Assembly (NCBI RefSeq): GCF_006345805.1
Contig: NC_043011.1
Span: 29,958,464 to 30,022,463 of the forward strand
Length of the DNA: 64,000 nt
From: Octopus sinensis
Lineage: Eukaryota
Direction: 5' to 3'
In this document: positions 12,424 through 27,041 of the stretch, in pieces
Layout of the letters: every line of letters starts with the position of its first letter
Numbering within the stretch: position 1 is the stretch's first letter
Notes under the pieces: generated by a model
What the model was told of the DNA's origin: nothing
Seen by the model: only the letters and a program-made list of their open reading frames with translations
Database searches by the model: none
Program-made: the position numbers and the translations under genes

Positions 12424-13895
12424 AGGGACCTCCAAAAGGGGTCTCAGGGAGTTGCATCCCTGCCTTCCTGAACTAGTTTTCCACTACATTTCTTAAAAAT
12501 TGTGGTAGAGGCCTTGGTCTCAGGACCACTCATATCTAGAAACTGAGGTTGGGGGTAAGCAAGGGCATGCTCACCATAGAAAATCCAGCTCTGAAAAGCC
12601 TCATGATAACAGCAAAGGAGATGGGCACCAGCCAGACAGCTAGATTGGGTTGGGCTGCACCTGCCTACCTCAAAAAGGAAGGTGCAAACCCTCATCCTGA
12701 ATTGCGTGAGCATGACTTGCCTTATGATGGCCGACGGCTTGAGAAGAAGCTTGGGATGAGGTTGGGAAGTTGGAATGTGGGCAGTCTGCATGGAAGGAGA
12801 ACTGAGATGTGTGAGGAATTGAAGAAGAGGAGGGTGGATGTGAGCTTGGAGGGGCCAGTGTGCAAGATTTGTAGGGGTCAAGGGAAGAATGTACAAGTTG
12901 TGGTGGTCAGAAGATAACAAGGGAACTGGAGGTGTGAGAGTTTTGTGAAGGAATAAATCTGTGGGAAGGTGGTGGAGGTCAGGAGAAAGAGTGGCAGAGT
13001 AATGACAGTAGTGTTAGCATTTGAGGAAGAAGTGGTGAGAGTGATTTGTGGGCATGGTCTGCAAAGTGGAAGAGGGATCACTGAGAAAGAGCAGTTCTTT
13101 GATGAAATGGCGAATGAGTGGGAATTGGTTTGGGGCATGGGTGATTTTAATGGACATGTTGGGAAATGGACCCAGGGCTTTGAGGGTGTGTATGGGGGAA
13201 ATGGAATTGGAGAGAGAATTGTAGAAGGAAGGATGCTGTTGAAGTTTTTTGATGAGAAAGAGTTCTATCTGGTGAACACATGGTTTAGGAAAACAGAGAA
13301 AAGGAAGATGATTTTCAGTGCAGGAGGAAATGAGACAGAGATTGATTTTGCGTTGGTTGGCAGGAAAAACAGAAAGTATCTGAGAGATGTGAAGATGATA
13401 CCAGGGGGTTGCAGCACAGGTTGGTGGTTACTGACTTTGACAAGAGGAAAATTTTAAAATGCATGAGAAAGGGAACGGTTGAGACAAGAAAGGTGTAGAA
13501 ACTGAAGGAAGAAGAAACAAGAGCAAAGTTTGAGGAGAGAGTTGGGAAGTTGGTAAGTATTGATGTACCGAATTTGTGGAAGTCTTTTAAAGTAGGGGTG
13601 CTAAAGGCATGTGACGAAGTGTATGGAAGAACAAAAGGTAGGAGAGATCTAGGAGATATGTGGTGGTGGAACACAGAGGTGAGGGATGCGATAGCAAGGA
13701 AGAAGGAAACGCACAAAGCTTTATGTAATAATAGGATTGAGCAAATAAAAGCCAGGTATAATAACATGAAAAATTGTGCAAAGAGGGTAGCTGTGAAATC
13801 TATAAGAAAACTGAGGAGAGGTTGGGCGGGCTAGATGAGAACCCAGACAGAGTGTTTAGTTTTATTAAATCAATGAAAAAAGAGATGGAAGAGAT
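12424..13895 (+). mobile_element. RTE-clade LINE relic: AP-endonuclease region, frameshifted, RT absent
   Basis: Motifs GSWNVGSL, GDFNGHVG, NTWFRK and TEIDFALV appear across several broken ORFs (12549-12917, 12969-13457, 13550-13834). Confidence 0.92.
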
Positions 13896-14093
13896 GTATT
13901 GTAAATAAACAAGCAACAGGTAAAAAGCATATAATATATACTGAGTGTTCAGCTGGACAAGAGACAGACACAGAAGATCTCTAATTCTTCATCAGTTATC
14001 AACCAGAAGATGTTACTCAGTTTCACACCATTAATGATATATAATATACATATATATATATACATACATATATATAAATAAATATATATATAT

Positions 14094-14152
<59 letters not shown>

Positions 14153-14250
14153 GACATATATATATGCATATATATATGAATATGATTTTCAAAATGTAAC
14201 CACATGTGAATTTTCTTCCTCTATCTTCCTTTTCATTGGAGTTTTTTCTG

Positions 14251-14284
14251 TTTCTGAAGAAGAGCATTGCTCGAAACGTTAAAA
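14251..14284 (+). ncRNA. Hammerhead-like motif with extra A after A9
   Basis: Reads ttt-CTGAAGA-A-GAGC-att-GCTC-GAA-ACGT-T-aaa. Helix III is palindromic ACGT; helix I is only 3 bp. Confidence 0.5.
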
Positions 14285-15231
14285 ATCTTTCTTTCTTTCC
14301 CTGAGCATCTGCTAATACTTTACATGTACCATGTCTTTGCGTTGTTTTTTTTTGTTTGTTGTTCTTCTTTTTTGGGATTTACTATGAATATATATACATA
14401 TATATACCATATGTACAGACATACACACACACATATACATACAAAATGTACATACATACATATATATATATGTATAGACACACACACACGTACACACACA
14501 TATATTCCTGATATAACCAAACCCTGTATGCAAATTAGATAGACAAGTGCTGTACAAAGTTTGTCATAATGCATGTGTGTTTGTGTGTCCAAAAGTGTAT
14601 ATCTATGTGAATGTTTATATTCTCTGCATAACCAATAAACAGCGGAACAACAGAGGGTGACACTGTTGACATTTCCCTATTAACCAATCATCCAACAGCT
14701 CTGCACTTTCAAAAGAACTAGAATGAAAATACCCACACTTGAAAATCAGACGAGGGTTAATGACAGGAAAGGCACCTGGCTACAAAAACAATGTCTTAGT
14801 AATATATAATTGTTTAACCCACTGTACCACAGACAAATAAATGCAAAACAAATGAACAAACAGATACAACATCCATCTCACTAACCATAAAATTAAAAGG
14901 TAAAAGCAAAGCAGCTTTTCTAAACATTACATTATGCAACAAGAAATTAAATCTGATAGAAAGCGTTCACGTTTAACGTAACTAACTGATATCGATTAAA
15001 TTCTAGAACGCAAGGAAATTGGTGATGTTCTGTGTCAACAAAAATTAGTGAAGAGGAAATCCAGAGAAGATGGTTTGAAGAGAAACGAATGTAATGTCTT
15101 GATTTTTGTCTGAGGATGGGGAAAGAAGAAAAGTTATCTTCTCATTTGAAATAATAGCAACCGAATTTACTCACGTCCATATATATATATATGTATGTAT
15201 ATATATATATATATATATGTATGTATGCATG

Positions 15232-15266
<35 letters not shown>

Positions 15267-16352
15267 TTGTATGCATTTATATATATATATAAATGAATGA
15301 ATGACAAAAGAACAAGAGTTATGCAATCATGTTCATTAGCTAACAGTTGTTTCTGTTGCAAGAAGCAATGTGTTCAGAGTTCTTCTTTTGTCGTACATTA
15401 ATTGACATTACACTCTATTCTCCAGTTACCTTACTCTAAAACATTAGAATATCTTTAGTCAAGCCATTCAACCTCTGCATTTATTTATTTTTTCTTAAGT
15501 CTGGTATTCATTATGTCTGATTCTTTTGCTGAACTGCTAAGTTAAGGGTACACAGATATGCCAACACAGATGTAAAGAAACACACACGCACACACATAAA
15601 CACACATATAGTAGGTGTAGACACATGGACAGGTTTCTTTTATGGAATTAGAGGACATCACCTGTTTCAGAACATGAACAAAATGAAAAACGAGAACATA
15701 AAATAATAAAAACATGGAAAACGAACATTTTTTCGAACAATGAAAGAAACAAATAAAGAAACAAGACAGGCAACATAAAGAACAATCCCTTCTTCTGTTG
15801 TCGCATGTTTTTTCTGCTCTGCGTTTTGAAGGTTGGGACATGGCACGACTTCGTTAAAACAGTCCTTCCTGAATTCGATTAGAGGTTATGTTAGCCTCAT
15901 GAAGGGATGGTGTAATCCAAGAAAATACTGGTTCAATTCCTAATATTTAGGGGGAATTGATTTCCTTAAAATAATAGGTATGCATATAAAACTATATAGT
16001 TTATATTCATATAGAAGTTATAGAAGAAAAAAGAAAATGGAGATTGGGAAGTTAATAATTGTTTATTATCAAAAACAAATCAGTCATCCTCCCTTATAGC
16101 TGTTTTAATTAATAGCAGTCTGAATCAGTCTGCTATAATGAATCCATAAGCACATATATCAAAACATCCAAGGGTATATATTTTTCCCTATGAAGATATG
16201 CTCAGGGCATATGAATTTAATATTTAATTAATTCAGTGAGTATTAATTGAAACAGCTGTAGGGGAGAATGATTGACTTGTTGATAATAAACAACTATTAA
16301 CTTCCCAATCTCTATTTTCTATTCTCATCTTCAATAAATATATATATATATA

Positions 16353-16384
<32 letters not shown>

Positions 16385-17535
16385 CATAATTATAGTATAT
16401 GTGGGCTTGTGTGTGTGTGTGTATATAAGTGCGTGTGCATTTGTGTATGTTTGTTCCCATCTCCACTTGATAACTGGTGTTTGTGTGTTTACATCTCCAT
16501 AACTTAGTAGTTCAGCAAAAAAACAAAAAAACTGATAGAATAAGTACTAAGCTTTAAAAAAGTAAGTCCTGGGATCAATTTGTTTGACAGAGCTCCAGCA
16601 TGGCAGCAGTCAATTGACAGAAATAAGTAAAAGAATAAAAGAATATATATATATATATATACACACACACGTGTGTGTGTGTGTGTGAGTCCACTTATGC
16701 CTAAATACTATTGAATTTCTTCTGACCTGGTGGTCTAAGCACAACTCAGTCAATGTTTTAAAATTTGCCCATAGTTACCGCTCTTTGATATTTCCCATTG
16801 ATAAAGGCTAAAGAGCTAGAAACATGAGTGGAAATCTGATAGAGGGCAACACTTGACAGATATAGTGTTTTCACACCTTTTACTATAAGAAAGAAATTTT
16901 CTCCATGGTAACTGCTGCGAATTTGCCTTTAGAAGTTGGAATATGACAGAAACATATTTTAACTAACCTAAAGTCCATGCGTGTTTGTTTTGTTTGCGTG
17001 TGTGTGTATGTGTGTGTGCACCCATGTGTGTGCATGTATGTATGTATATAAGGAGACAGATGCGGAGAAAGAGAGGGAGAGAGAAATGTGGAAAGCAGAG
17101 TAAAGCAAGAGTAGTTACAAAATGAGTCAAACCAACAAGAGCAAACTAAAAGCAAATTATACCGATTGCTGAATGGAAACTAAGTAAACAATCTCAAATA
17201 ATATCATATGGAACCAGTTATGGCTACATCTTCATTCATATGATGTAGAGATAAAAAAAATATATCATAGCAATAACAAGCAACATTACATTGATATACA
17301 CCTTCGTACAGAAGATAAGAGTAGCAAGATATGGAGGTGTCAAAGGACTTCTGAATTTTATTATTGCAGATAGAATGTAAAGAAATATTATTGATACAGG
17401 GAAAATACTTTCATAGAATTGCTACCAGAAGGAAGAAGTTATATCTTAATATTCATTTGTGCATCTGTTATGCATATATTTGTGTATAGGTGTATGTGTG
17501 TTTGTATGTAGTATATATATATATATATATAACTA

Positions 17536-17772
17536 CAGGGTGGCCCAAAAGTAGGTTTATAGTTATTCAGCTATCTCTTTCGTATTCATATATTAACAGT
17601 TTAGATCTTAATTATAGAAAAACTATGTAACCATTATTCAATGTTAATTTAGTTAATTTTGTCAAGCTCCCTTTTTCAGTTGGTAAGATAGAAATCTGAA
17701 TGTAATAAAATGTTTTAAATGAAATTTAAGGTGCCTACATGATAACCGTAATCCTACTGTTGGGCCACCCTG
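17536..17772. mobile_element. Tc1/mariner-type MITE
   Basis: TIRs are cagggtggcccaaaagtagg and cctactgttgggccaccctg; TA is present on the left flank. Confidence 0.8.
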
Positions 17773-17774
17773 TT

Positions 17775-18085
<311 letters not shown>

Positions 18086-20321
18086 TAAGGCTGGTCTATG
18101 GGATTACACTGGGTTTCATGTCCATAATGCACTTAGTTTTATAGCATATCATCAAACCCTAAACCTGTTGGCCTTATCTATCTATATTTATATAGTATTC
18201 TGCTCTATAACTTAGAGTGTATTTCTTTTTCAGATTTATGATTTACCAACGATATATATATATATATATCTATATATGCACACAGATTCACAAATTTGTA
18301 TATTTGTGTTATTGCCATCATCATCATTTAACATGTATGTTTCCATGCTGGCATGGCTTCGATGCTGTGACAAAATACCATCGGTCTTATAGCTTCATTG
18401 TACTCCAGAGACTGCTTTGGCATGTTTTGTATATCTTGATACCCTTCCCAATACCAACCACAAAGTGTGCTGGGTGCTGATATATATATATACATACTCA
18501 CACACACACACATATATACTATAGAGGTGTGAATGAGTGTTAGTGCATACAAACATGAAGAAATGTACTCAATACAAAATGTAGAGTGATATGTTTAATC
18601 AAAGCTGAATTATTTTCATGAGAGCTAATCTGAATTGCATGTACCAGATCTTCTAGTAACAGATATAATAAATATATATAAATACATATATTTATATAGA
18701 TCCAAACATCTCCATGGTAGCATGTATAGTATGTTTTTTGGGAGAAGTGAGGTTATTTACTCTTTACTATTTTACTCTTTTACTTGTTTCAGTCATTTTG
18801 ACTGTGGCCATGCTGGAGCACTGTCTTTAGTCAAGCAAATCAACCCCGGGACTTATTCTTTGTAAGCCTAGTACTTATTCTATCAGTCTCTTTTGCGGAA
18901 CTGCTAAGTTACAGGGATGTAAACGCATCAGTATCGGTTGCCAAGCGATGTCGGGATGAACAAACACAGACACACAAACATACACACATACACACACACA
19001 TACACACACACACACATATATATATACACATATATACGATGGGCTTCTTTCATCTTCTGTCTATGGCTTTGGTCGGCCCAAGGCTATAGTCGAAGACACT
19101 TGCCCAAGGTGCCACGCAGTGGGACTGAACCTGGAACCATGTGGTTCATAAGCAAGCTACTTACAACACAGCCACTCCTACACCCATTTATTCTTTTTTC
19201 TTTTATATTATGAGAGTAATAGCTCTAACTGTTATTAATAAGTACCCACTTTTCCTACTACCAATTTTGAAATAGGATTTCTATCAGTTTTCTCTTTATT
19301 GACAAAACTAAAGCAAGAGGTTTGATAGAAACAACTCAGGCCCTGATTCATCGCTCATATACTTAATGAAGTGATTAACACAACATAAGTCATCAAGGAC
19401 TTGAGTTGTAGATTTAATTGATCATCTGTTTTAACACCACCATCTGACACCTTGATTATCTTTAGTCAAGTCCACTCTTAATATAATTTTCAGATTGAAT
19501 CAACATGGTATATTCTGGGGCAATTTTGAACCTTTAAATTACTGATAAAAATCTATCCAATGGGCTCCTATACTGTTTTCATATACTCTATTTCACTCCC
19601 AAAGCTTGGAACAACCTGAAGTGGCCATGCAGTGAAAGACACTTGCTGAAGATGCTATGCAGTGGATTGAACCAAAGGCTTCATGATTGAGAAGCAAACA
19701 TCTTAAGCACTTGGGCATGCTTGCATGTAACACACACATACACACACATGCATATGCATTATCATAATCATTATTTTAACATATTTTTTCCATGCTTGCA
19801 TAGAGTTTGTTGAGGGAGATTTTCTGTGGCTGGATGCCTTTCCTACTGCCAACCTTCACCTGTTTCCTGGAAAGGTTATATTTCCCCATAGCCAGATGTA
19901 ATTTCACAGGATATTGGACAAGAAAGGCATTCATTTACAACCAATAGTGTGAAGGCAAGAAGATATAAACACCTACAGATACATATGCACACACACACAC
20001 ACACACACACATACACAACAGGCTTTGTACAGTCTCCCTATACCAACCCTACTCACAAGGTTTTGGTCAATTCAGGGCTGTAGCAGAAGACATTTGTCCA
20101 ATGGGAATGAACCTGAAACTATACAGACAAACTACTTGGAATCATTTTGCCTGGAACCTTTGATATGCCTCTATGTAAAATAAAATCTAATTTCGTCAGA
20201 CACACTGCCTTTTGATAAAATATTTTGATAGTCAGATTTTGTGGATTGATTTCTCTGTTCTAAATGGTCTCTCCATGAATGTTCCCTTGAATTAGTAACT
20301 TCAAACTCACACACACACACA

Positions 20322-20366
<45 letters not shown>

Positions 20367-20555
20367 CATATAACATACTATGTATATATATTTTTAGGTC
20401 ACACATAAATATATAATATATATATATGTATTTATATATGTATATATATAATATATAAATACATATATATATAAGTATATATGTGTGTGTGTGTCTGTGT
20501 TTATATATTTGTATGTATATATATATATATAATATATATATATATATAAATATTT

Positions 20556-20607
<52 letters not shown>

Positions 20608-23600
20608 ATGTGTATATAACTGATCAGAATTCAGCTACATTACATAAATATCACTATTGACAAAAATTAGATAAAAATCAATTTGTGTTATACTGAATCT
20701 TGTCAACGATATCAATAATGCTATGCACGAAGTGAAAACAAGCGATAACAGTTTTTTTGTACAACCAACACCTATTTGCATATAGCTGCTATTACTGTGA
20801 ATCCATGCTAAGAGGATGCTTTCAATGCATATGGTGATAAATAACCTGATACATGCCAACTAGTTGAATGGAAAAAATAATAGCAGATTAAAATTTGAAT
20901 GGTCTCTATTGTAAGGCAAAAACATTTAGATAGTACCGTGATGTTTATGGTAAACAATAAGTCCAACACTCACAGATTACTTCTCACAGGTAAAATATGT
21001 AAAATATACATTGTTTCTAAATGCCAGATACCTGAGAGCAAATTAATAACCATGAAGTATGAAAGCAAAATACTTATGTGAGGAACTCCATTTAAGGACA
21101 GCGTGGAGTAATGAACCACCAGGAGTCATAAGTTTTTCTTCAATGCAATAAATCTGCACTGCTGGAGGTTGAAAACAAACAATGCCTCAAGGTAATAATT
21201 GTCTTCCTACTGTCAGGCCTGTAATTTTGGGGATGGGGTTACTCAATTATATCAACCCCCAGCACTCACCTGGTACTTTGACCCTGAAAGGAGGAAAAGT
21301 GAAGTTAATCTCAGTGGAATTTGAACACAGAACATAAAGAAGACAGTAAGAAAGCTCACTAAACATTTTGTCCAGCATGCTAATGATTCTGTCAGCTCAC
21401 AACCTATATTTCAGGGAAATATGAAATCAATTTTGTCTAAGATCTGAAATGATTGTAAAGATTTCAATCATAATACATTATAGCTGAATACAATCGGAAA
21501 TGAATGCTGTACCAACATCAGATGTAAATCATAAATTCTAAATTATGAAACTTTCACTGAAGTACAGTAAATCTGCATAATGTCAAGAAATTATGAAGAT
21601 ACCAAATACATCAATCTTGATATAAGCTGTTGATGTTCTATAAAAGATCATTCATCAGTATATTTTTAAAGATGCAAAATGGCAAACTTCATACCAAGCA
21701 AACTTGATTCTAATAGCAAAATCTAATCTTGGAGCTAAGAATTAAAAGAATTCATTTGGCAGGAAACCTTAAGTCTATTTGCACACTGAAACACATGTAA
21801 GCCTCATAAATGCTGTCTTAAAAGATTTCTTCAAGATCAAAACCGTCACGTACAAAATATACATACAGCCTTATACATGTTATTTTATTCAGTTTTGTTA
21901 AGAATGATAGAGGAGTAAATGATATAGAGCAAGGTACGTTTGATTAGGAGGAGGATGTTGTATTCACAAGTTTCTCTAGAACCAAGGAGACCGATATGGT
22001 TAACACTCCTTCTGAATATTTTCAAGTTAATAGCTGCAGGAATGATATATATTCCAGAACAACAGACATTCTAGGGAGGAAGAAATAGTCAGAGGGCTAG
22101 ATGAGGGGAGTGAATAATAGTAATAATAAGAGAGAGTGAGGAATATAGTCAAAAGTGTCTTGGTAGAATTAGCATGAGATTGCCGATGCAAAAGAAAAGA
22201 GTCAACTTTAGTAGGAGAAAGAAAAGGCAGAAGAGAAAAGGGATCTGTGAATGGGAGGTTGGAATACATTGATGAGTGACTTTAGGCCAAGCAAATGGCC
22301 TTTCCTTGGGTGTTGTGTAGAGTATCTTTATATTGCAGTAGAGCTGGCAGCATAGTTAGCAGACCAGGCAAAATAGTGGCATTTCATCAGTCTTTGTGTT
22401 CTTAGTTCAAATTCTACCAAGGTTGACTTAGCCTTTCTCCCTTTTGGGAAGAATAAGCACCAGTTAATATTAGGGTCGATGTAATCAGCTTGTCCCCTCT
22501 ACAGAAATTGTTGGCTTGGTACCAAAATTTGAAATCAATAGTAGTGCTGTAGATGTAGTAGTAGTACTCCATTGTAGTTAACAGCTGTAGAAGAATTGAA
22601 TATTTTCTAACTCTGAAAATAATTAATTAATTAAATAATTAATTTTATCTTTTTAACTTGTTTCAATCATTAGACTTTAGCCATGCTGGGGCATTAATTT
22701 AAAGGGCTTAGTAGAACAAATTGAACCCCATACATATATTTAAGTCTGAGAATTAATCTGTTAATCACTTTTGCTGAACCACTAGGTTACAGTGATGTAT
22801 AAGTCAATATCAATTGTCAGGCAGTGATAGGGATATAACCCTTGATATAAGCCTTGTTCAGTTTGTTTCAACTTATCCCACATTATATTTTTCATACCTG
22901 GTCGCTCTGATGAGCACATGGTGTTAAGTAACCATATTGTTATCTAACATTCAGTTGAATATCCAGTGCAAAATTTATAAATATCAACTGTAATAGATAT
23001 TTAATACTGTATACTGTAATTAATATATCCACTTTGCTGACAAGTATATGAGTGCATATTTTTTTAGGACTCATGGATTCTTATATCACTATATGTGTGT
23101 GGGTGCATGTATATCCAAACAGACACATGTAGATGCATGCATGCACACCTCCATTTTCAATGCCAGTATGAGTGCATTTTGGCATGCAACCAGCACTATA
23201 GAAGTTGTCTCTTGAGGTAAAAGATTAGGAATCACCCTTTTATTCTATATTAGTTTTTGTTCAGAATGTGTTTGTTTTTGTGTGTATATTTACACACACA
23301 CATACACATACACATATACATACACACAACATATATCGTATTTGATGGCCTATAAGACACCTTCTTTTTACCCAAAAGTGCTTAAGAAATCCCCGTGTCT
23401 TATGCACTCAATGTAGGTTCAAAACTCGTTACTGTTGGCTGAAATTATATATCAGAAATCACGTAGATGTAGCCTATACTATATTTTACAAGAAAGAACA
23501 ACATGGTAACATCAGAGGGGGAAGGAGAGGGTTCGTGGATGGCAGAGCATTGCCAATCACCTACGGTATGTATGTTTACAAAACATGTGCTGCCATCTAT

Positions 23601-23750
23601 TGGTGAATAATCAACTACAGTATGTTTATATCATATGTGGATGCAATAAATTTCTTATAATTACCAGTAATAACATAAAGTTATACAGGTAAGTGGAGGA
23701 GTTAAAACTTTATTTTAGTGGTAATTTATTTTGCAAAAGTATAGCCTAGG

Positions 23751-24005
23751 CTAAGTACAGCCATGTTTGAAGGAGTTGTACCACTCCTTGATCTGAGTTT
23801 TGCCCATGGCATCATTGCCAAAGGCCTGCTGAATCTTCTGGATGGTTTTAGCTTGAGTATCACCAAGCTTCTGGCAAAACTTGATGGAATATCTCTGCTT
23901 GGTGCATTTAGTGAAAATGAAAATCCAACGAATGCACACTATGTATTTATACCTTAGGCGTAACAATCAGAAATTGATGTGGCCTGCTGTCATGAAAATT
24001 TTCTC
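23751..24005 (-). mobile_element. Mariner transposase N-terminal HTH relic
   Basis: Translates QRYSIKFCQKLGDTQAKTIQKIQQAFGNDAMGKTQIKEWYNSFKHG. Confidence 0.85.
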
Positions 24006-24459
24006 ACCTGTACAAAATGTGTGGCATTATCTCCTACTCAAAGGATTTTGCCCATGTGGCATTAGTTTTAGCGGGGGGAAAATATACACCTTGGATATCA
24101 TCATTGTCATCATCAATTAACATCCATTTTCCCTGTAGGCATGGGTTGAACGGTTTGACTGAGGTCTGGAGAGCCAGCTGTTGCACCAGGCTCCAATCTG
24201 ATCTGGCAGAGATTGTACAGCTGGATGCCCTTCCTAACACCAACCATTCTGAGAGTGTAGTGGTTGCTTTTTACATGCCACCAGCACAGTGGCCAGTAAG
24301 GCGGGCCTGGCAACGATCACGTTTGGCTGGTGCTCTTTACATGCCACCGGCACAGGAGCCAGTAAGTGGGTATTGGTATCTGTCATGATCGGTTGGTGCT
24401 TTTTATGTGCCACTGGCACCAGAGCCAGTAAGGCAGGCCTGGCAACAAATACATTCGGA

Positions 24460-24521
<62 letters not shown>

Positions 24522-26159
24522 TATAAACAAAGAGATGGGACAGAGAAAAGAACAGAAAACAATGATAAGGATACTGATAATTATCTTAGTAATGATATTA
24601 CAAATGAAAATAAGAATATTTGAAAAAAAATTGTAAAACTGATAAATGGAACCAGGAAAAAGTACAAAACTTAAAGAAATAAAAATAATAATTACAAAAT
24701 TTAAATGATATGGACAAAGAAAGCAATAGTAAGATTGAAAAACAACTAGAGATAAGGTGAAGGTAGTAGTTGCAGGTATAAAAATGTATTGATATTGAAT
24801 GAAAAGCAAACATTAAGATAACTGTGTAGAGTAGAGGTCTAAGAGTGAAAGAGCTTTATGAAGGAAGATGGAGATGGCTGGCTTAGATGAGAGTGAATAG
24901 CAAAGGTGGAAAAGTTTAAAGATATTTAAATGATAACTGGGTAAGAAATGCTTCAGTTTTGAATCAGTAGGATTGACTAGGTGATGTAGATGCTGGATAT
25001 AAGCAGGAGAATGTTTGGCAAGGGTGAGATTGGGCAGCAGTGTTGTTCGTGACAGAAGGAATTAAAAAAGGATAGGAATAAGAAAAAGGAGAAGGAAGAA
25101 CTGCAACTGGAAATTTGGGAAATGAAGAATAGAAAAGAAAATGAAATTAAGATAAGGAAGAATAATACAAGAGAAGATTTAGGTCAAGAAAAATACAGAT
25201 GATGATTACAATAGCAAGATTAAAAAAAATAGATATCAGGTGAAGATAGTTATGGATATTATTCCACTGTTAAGAATAATGTTTGGAGCTGTTGAAAAAA
25301 TATGCAAATAGTGAAAAAGTGAGAGATAAAAATAACTGTTAAGTACAGAAGCCAAGAGTGAGAGGGTAGTAGGGAAGCATATGGCTGGGGAAAGGCTAAA
25401 CAATGAATATATATTGCTTAATCTTTTCTATATAATTTCTTTTCATAGCAAATATAACATATCCTTTTTTACATAAAACTAACGACAACAACTTTGCTTT
25501 CATAAATTGTGTGATAAATCATGTCATTGTTTACTGCTTCCCACCCAGCTCCAGTTGACTTGATAAAAAGTGTCCAAGCCATGACCATCTCTTCTTTGTT
25601 TCTCAGCCATTGTGTTTGTGGAGGTGTATGGCTTAGTGGTTATGGTGTTGAACTCATGGCCCTGAGACTGAGGTTTTGATTCTTGGACTGGGCAACACGT
25701 AGCATTTTTGAGCAGAACACTTCATTTCATGTTACTCCAGTCCACTCAGCTGGCAAAAAATGAGTAACCCTGTGACAGACTGGTGTACCATCCAGGTGGG
25801 GAATTTATCCACATCATGAAACCAGAAAACTGACCCTTATGAGTCGATATGACTTGAATAGATAACGTTACCTTTGTTTTAGGCATTGTGTTTCACAGAC
25901 ACTACATTATCTAATGTAGTGTTAGACATTATACTATTAAAGACAGTAAAGGTCCAGTCCTTATTCCCATGTGGTGGTTTGTATGGCTCAATAACACTGA
26001 GAGCTATGGCAGTGGAGCACAAGCTCCTTATAGACATTCCTATACTGGACAGGTCAAAGGATAGAGGTTAAACTTAATATGGATTACCTCTTCCCAAGGA
26101 TAAAAAATAGGTCTGTGTAAGGCCAAAAGTTCTAACTAGGAAAAAGCAAAATTATAATA

Positions 26160-26384
26160 TTGGAATGTCTGGAAAGTTCGTGCCAATTTATAGTAGCTTA
26201 CCTTTCGACTTACCCTCCCAGGCACCTCAATTCTGGGAAGAGGGTATTTTCAAGTTAAAGGAAAGATGGAGACGCATTGTGCAACAAAATGGCTCATATT
26301 TGGTTGATTAAAAATGTAATGGCAAGTATTCATTGACCTTTTTCTTTCCTTTAAAAATCGGCACAAACTTTCCGGACAACCCAA
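26160..26384 (+). mobile_element. Internally deleted mariner with both TIRs and TA TSD
   Basis: TIRs are ttggaatgtctggaaagttcgtgccaattt and aaatcggcacaaactttccggacaacccaa. The interior encodes FWEEGIFKLKERWRRIVQQNGSYLVD*. Confidence 0.85.
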
Positions 26385-26774
26385 TAGTATTGTTGACATT
26401 TCACAACCAATGAGACTTTGGGGGGGAAGGCTTTTTCCAGAGAAATATATGACATAGCACAGTAAAATCTGACAGGGAAGCTGCAGGAATTCAACTGGAG
26501 AGACACAAAGAAGACAATCTAGGGTTGAGAACAGAGGAGAAAGGGTCATTGATGTCCTGTGTCTCATTGGGAGCAAAAAGCTTAAGTAAGTAAAGTAAAT
26601 CAACACCAGAGGGCTGATGTTCTCGGAAGGAAAGATTGGTCATAGGGATTAGTATGGGCTCAAGAGGAAGTTGGATACAACTAGGGTGGCAACAGGTGGA
26701 AATATGTGTTAAAGGTATTTACAGACAGGTATAAATTATTTACAACCTGAACAAATAACCAAATGCACTGTGAA

Positions 26775-27041
26775 CAGCACGAACAGCATGATTTATTATT
26801 AGTTGGTAGACATCAGCAAATACAAGCAAATGATTTGTTTGCTGAAATTATAAACAAAAGCCTCAGTCTCTGAGATTCATTAGTCTGGGGTGCCTTCAAC
26901 TGATGAGACCCAACAATTCTGAAACACTGGGTGTCCAAAGTTCTCTTATGTTAATGAATGAATTGTGGACATGCATTCATCTGAAGGAAGTTGTCCTCCA
27001 ATAACAACATACGACAATGATGAGCATATTCATGCTTGAAC
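26775..27041 (-). other. Candidate terminal exon
   Basis: Acceptor ttctcaatatattcctgcag. The frame FKHEYAHHCRMLLLEDNFLQMNACPQFIH* stops at 26951-26953, and AATAAA lies at 26792-26797. Confidence 0.45.

Noticed and set aside
13960-14000. CTGATGA on the minus strand in a repeat next to (TA)n
   Set aside because: There is no GAAA segment and helix I does not pair; at most a deleted relic.
22887-22915. CTGATGA-GCAC-atg-GTGT hairpin
   Set aside because: It is followed by TAAG rather than GAAA and has no helix III.
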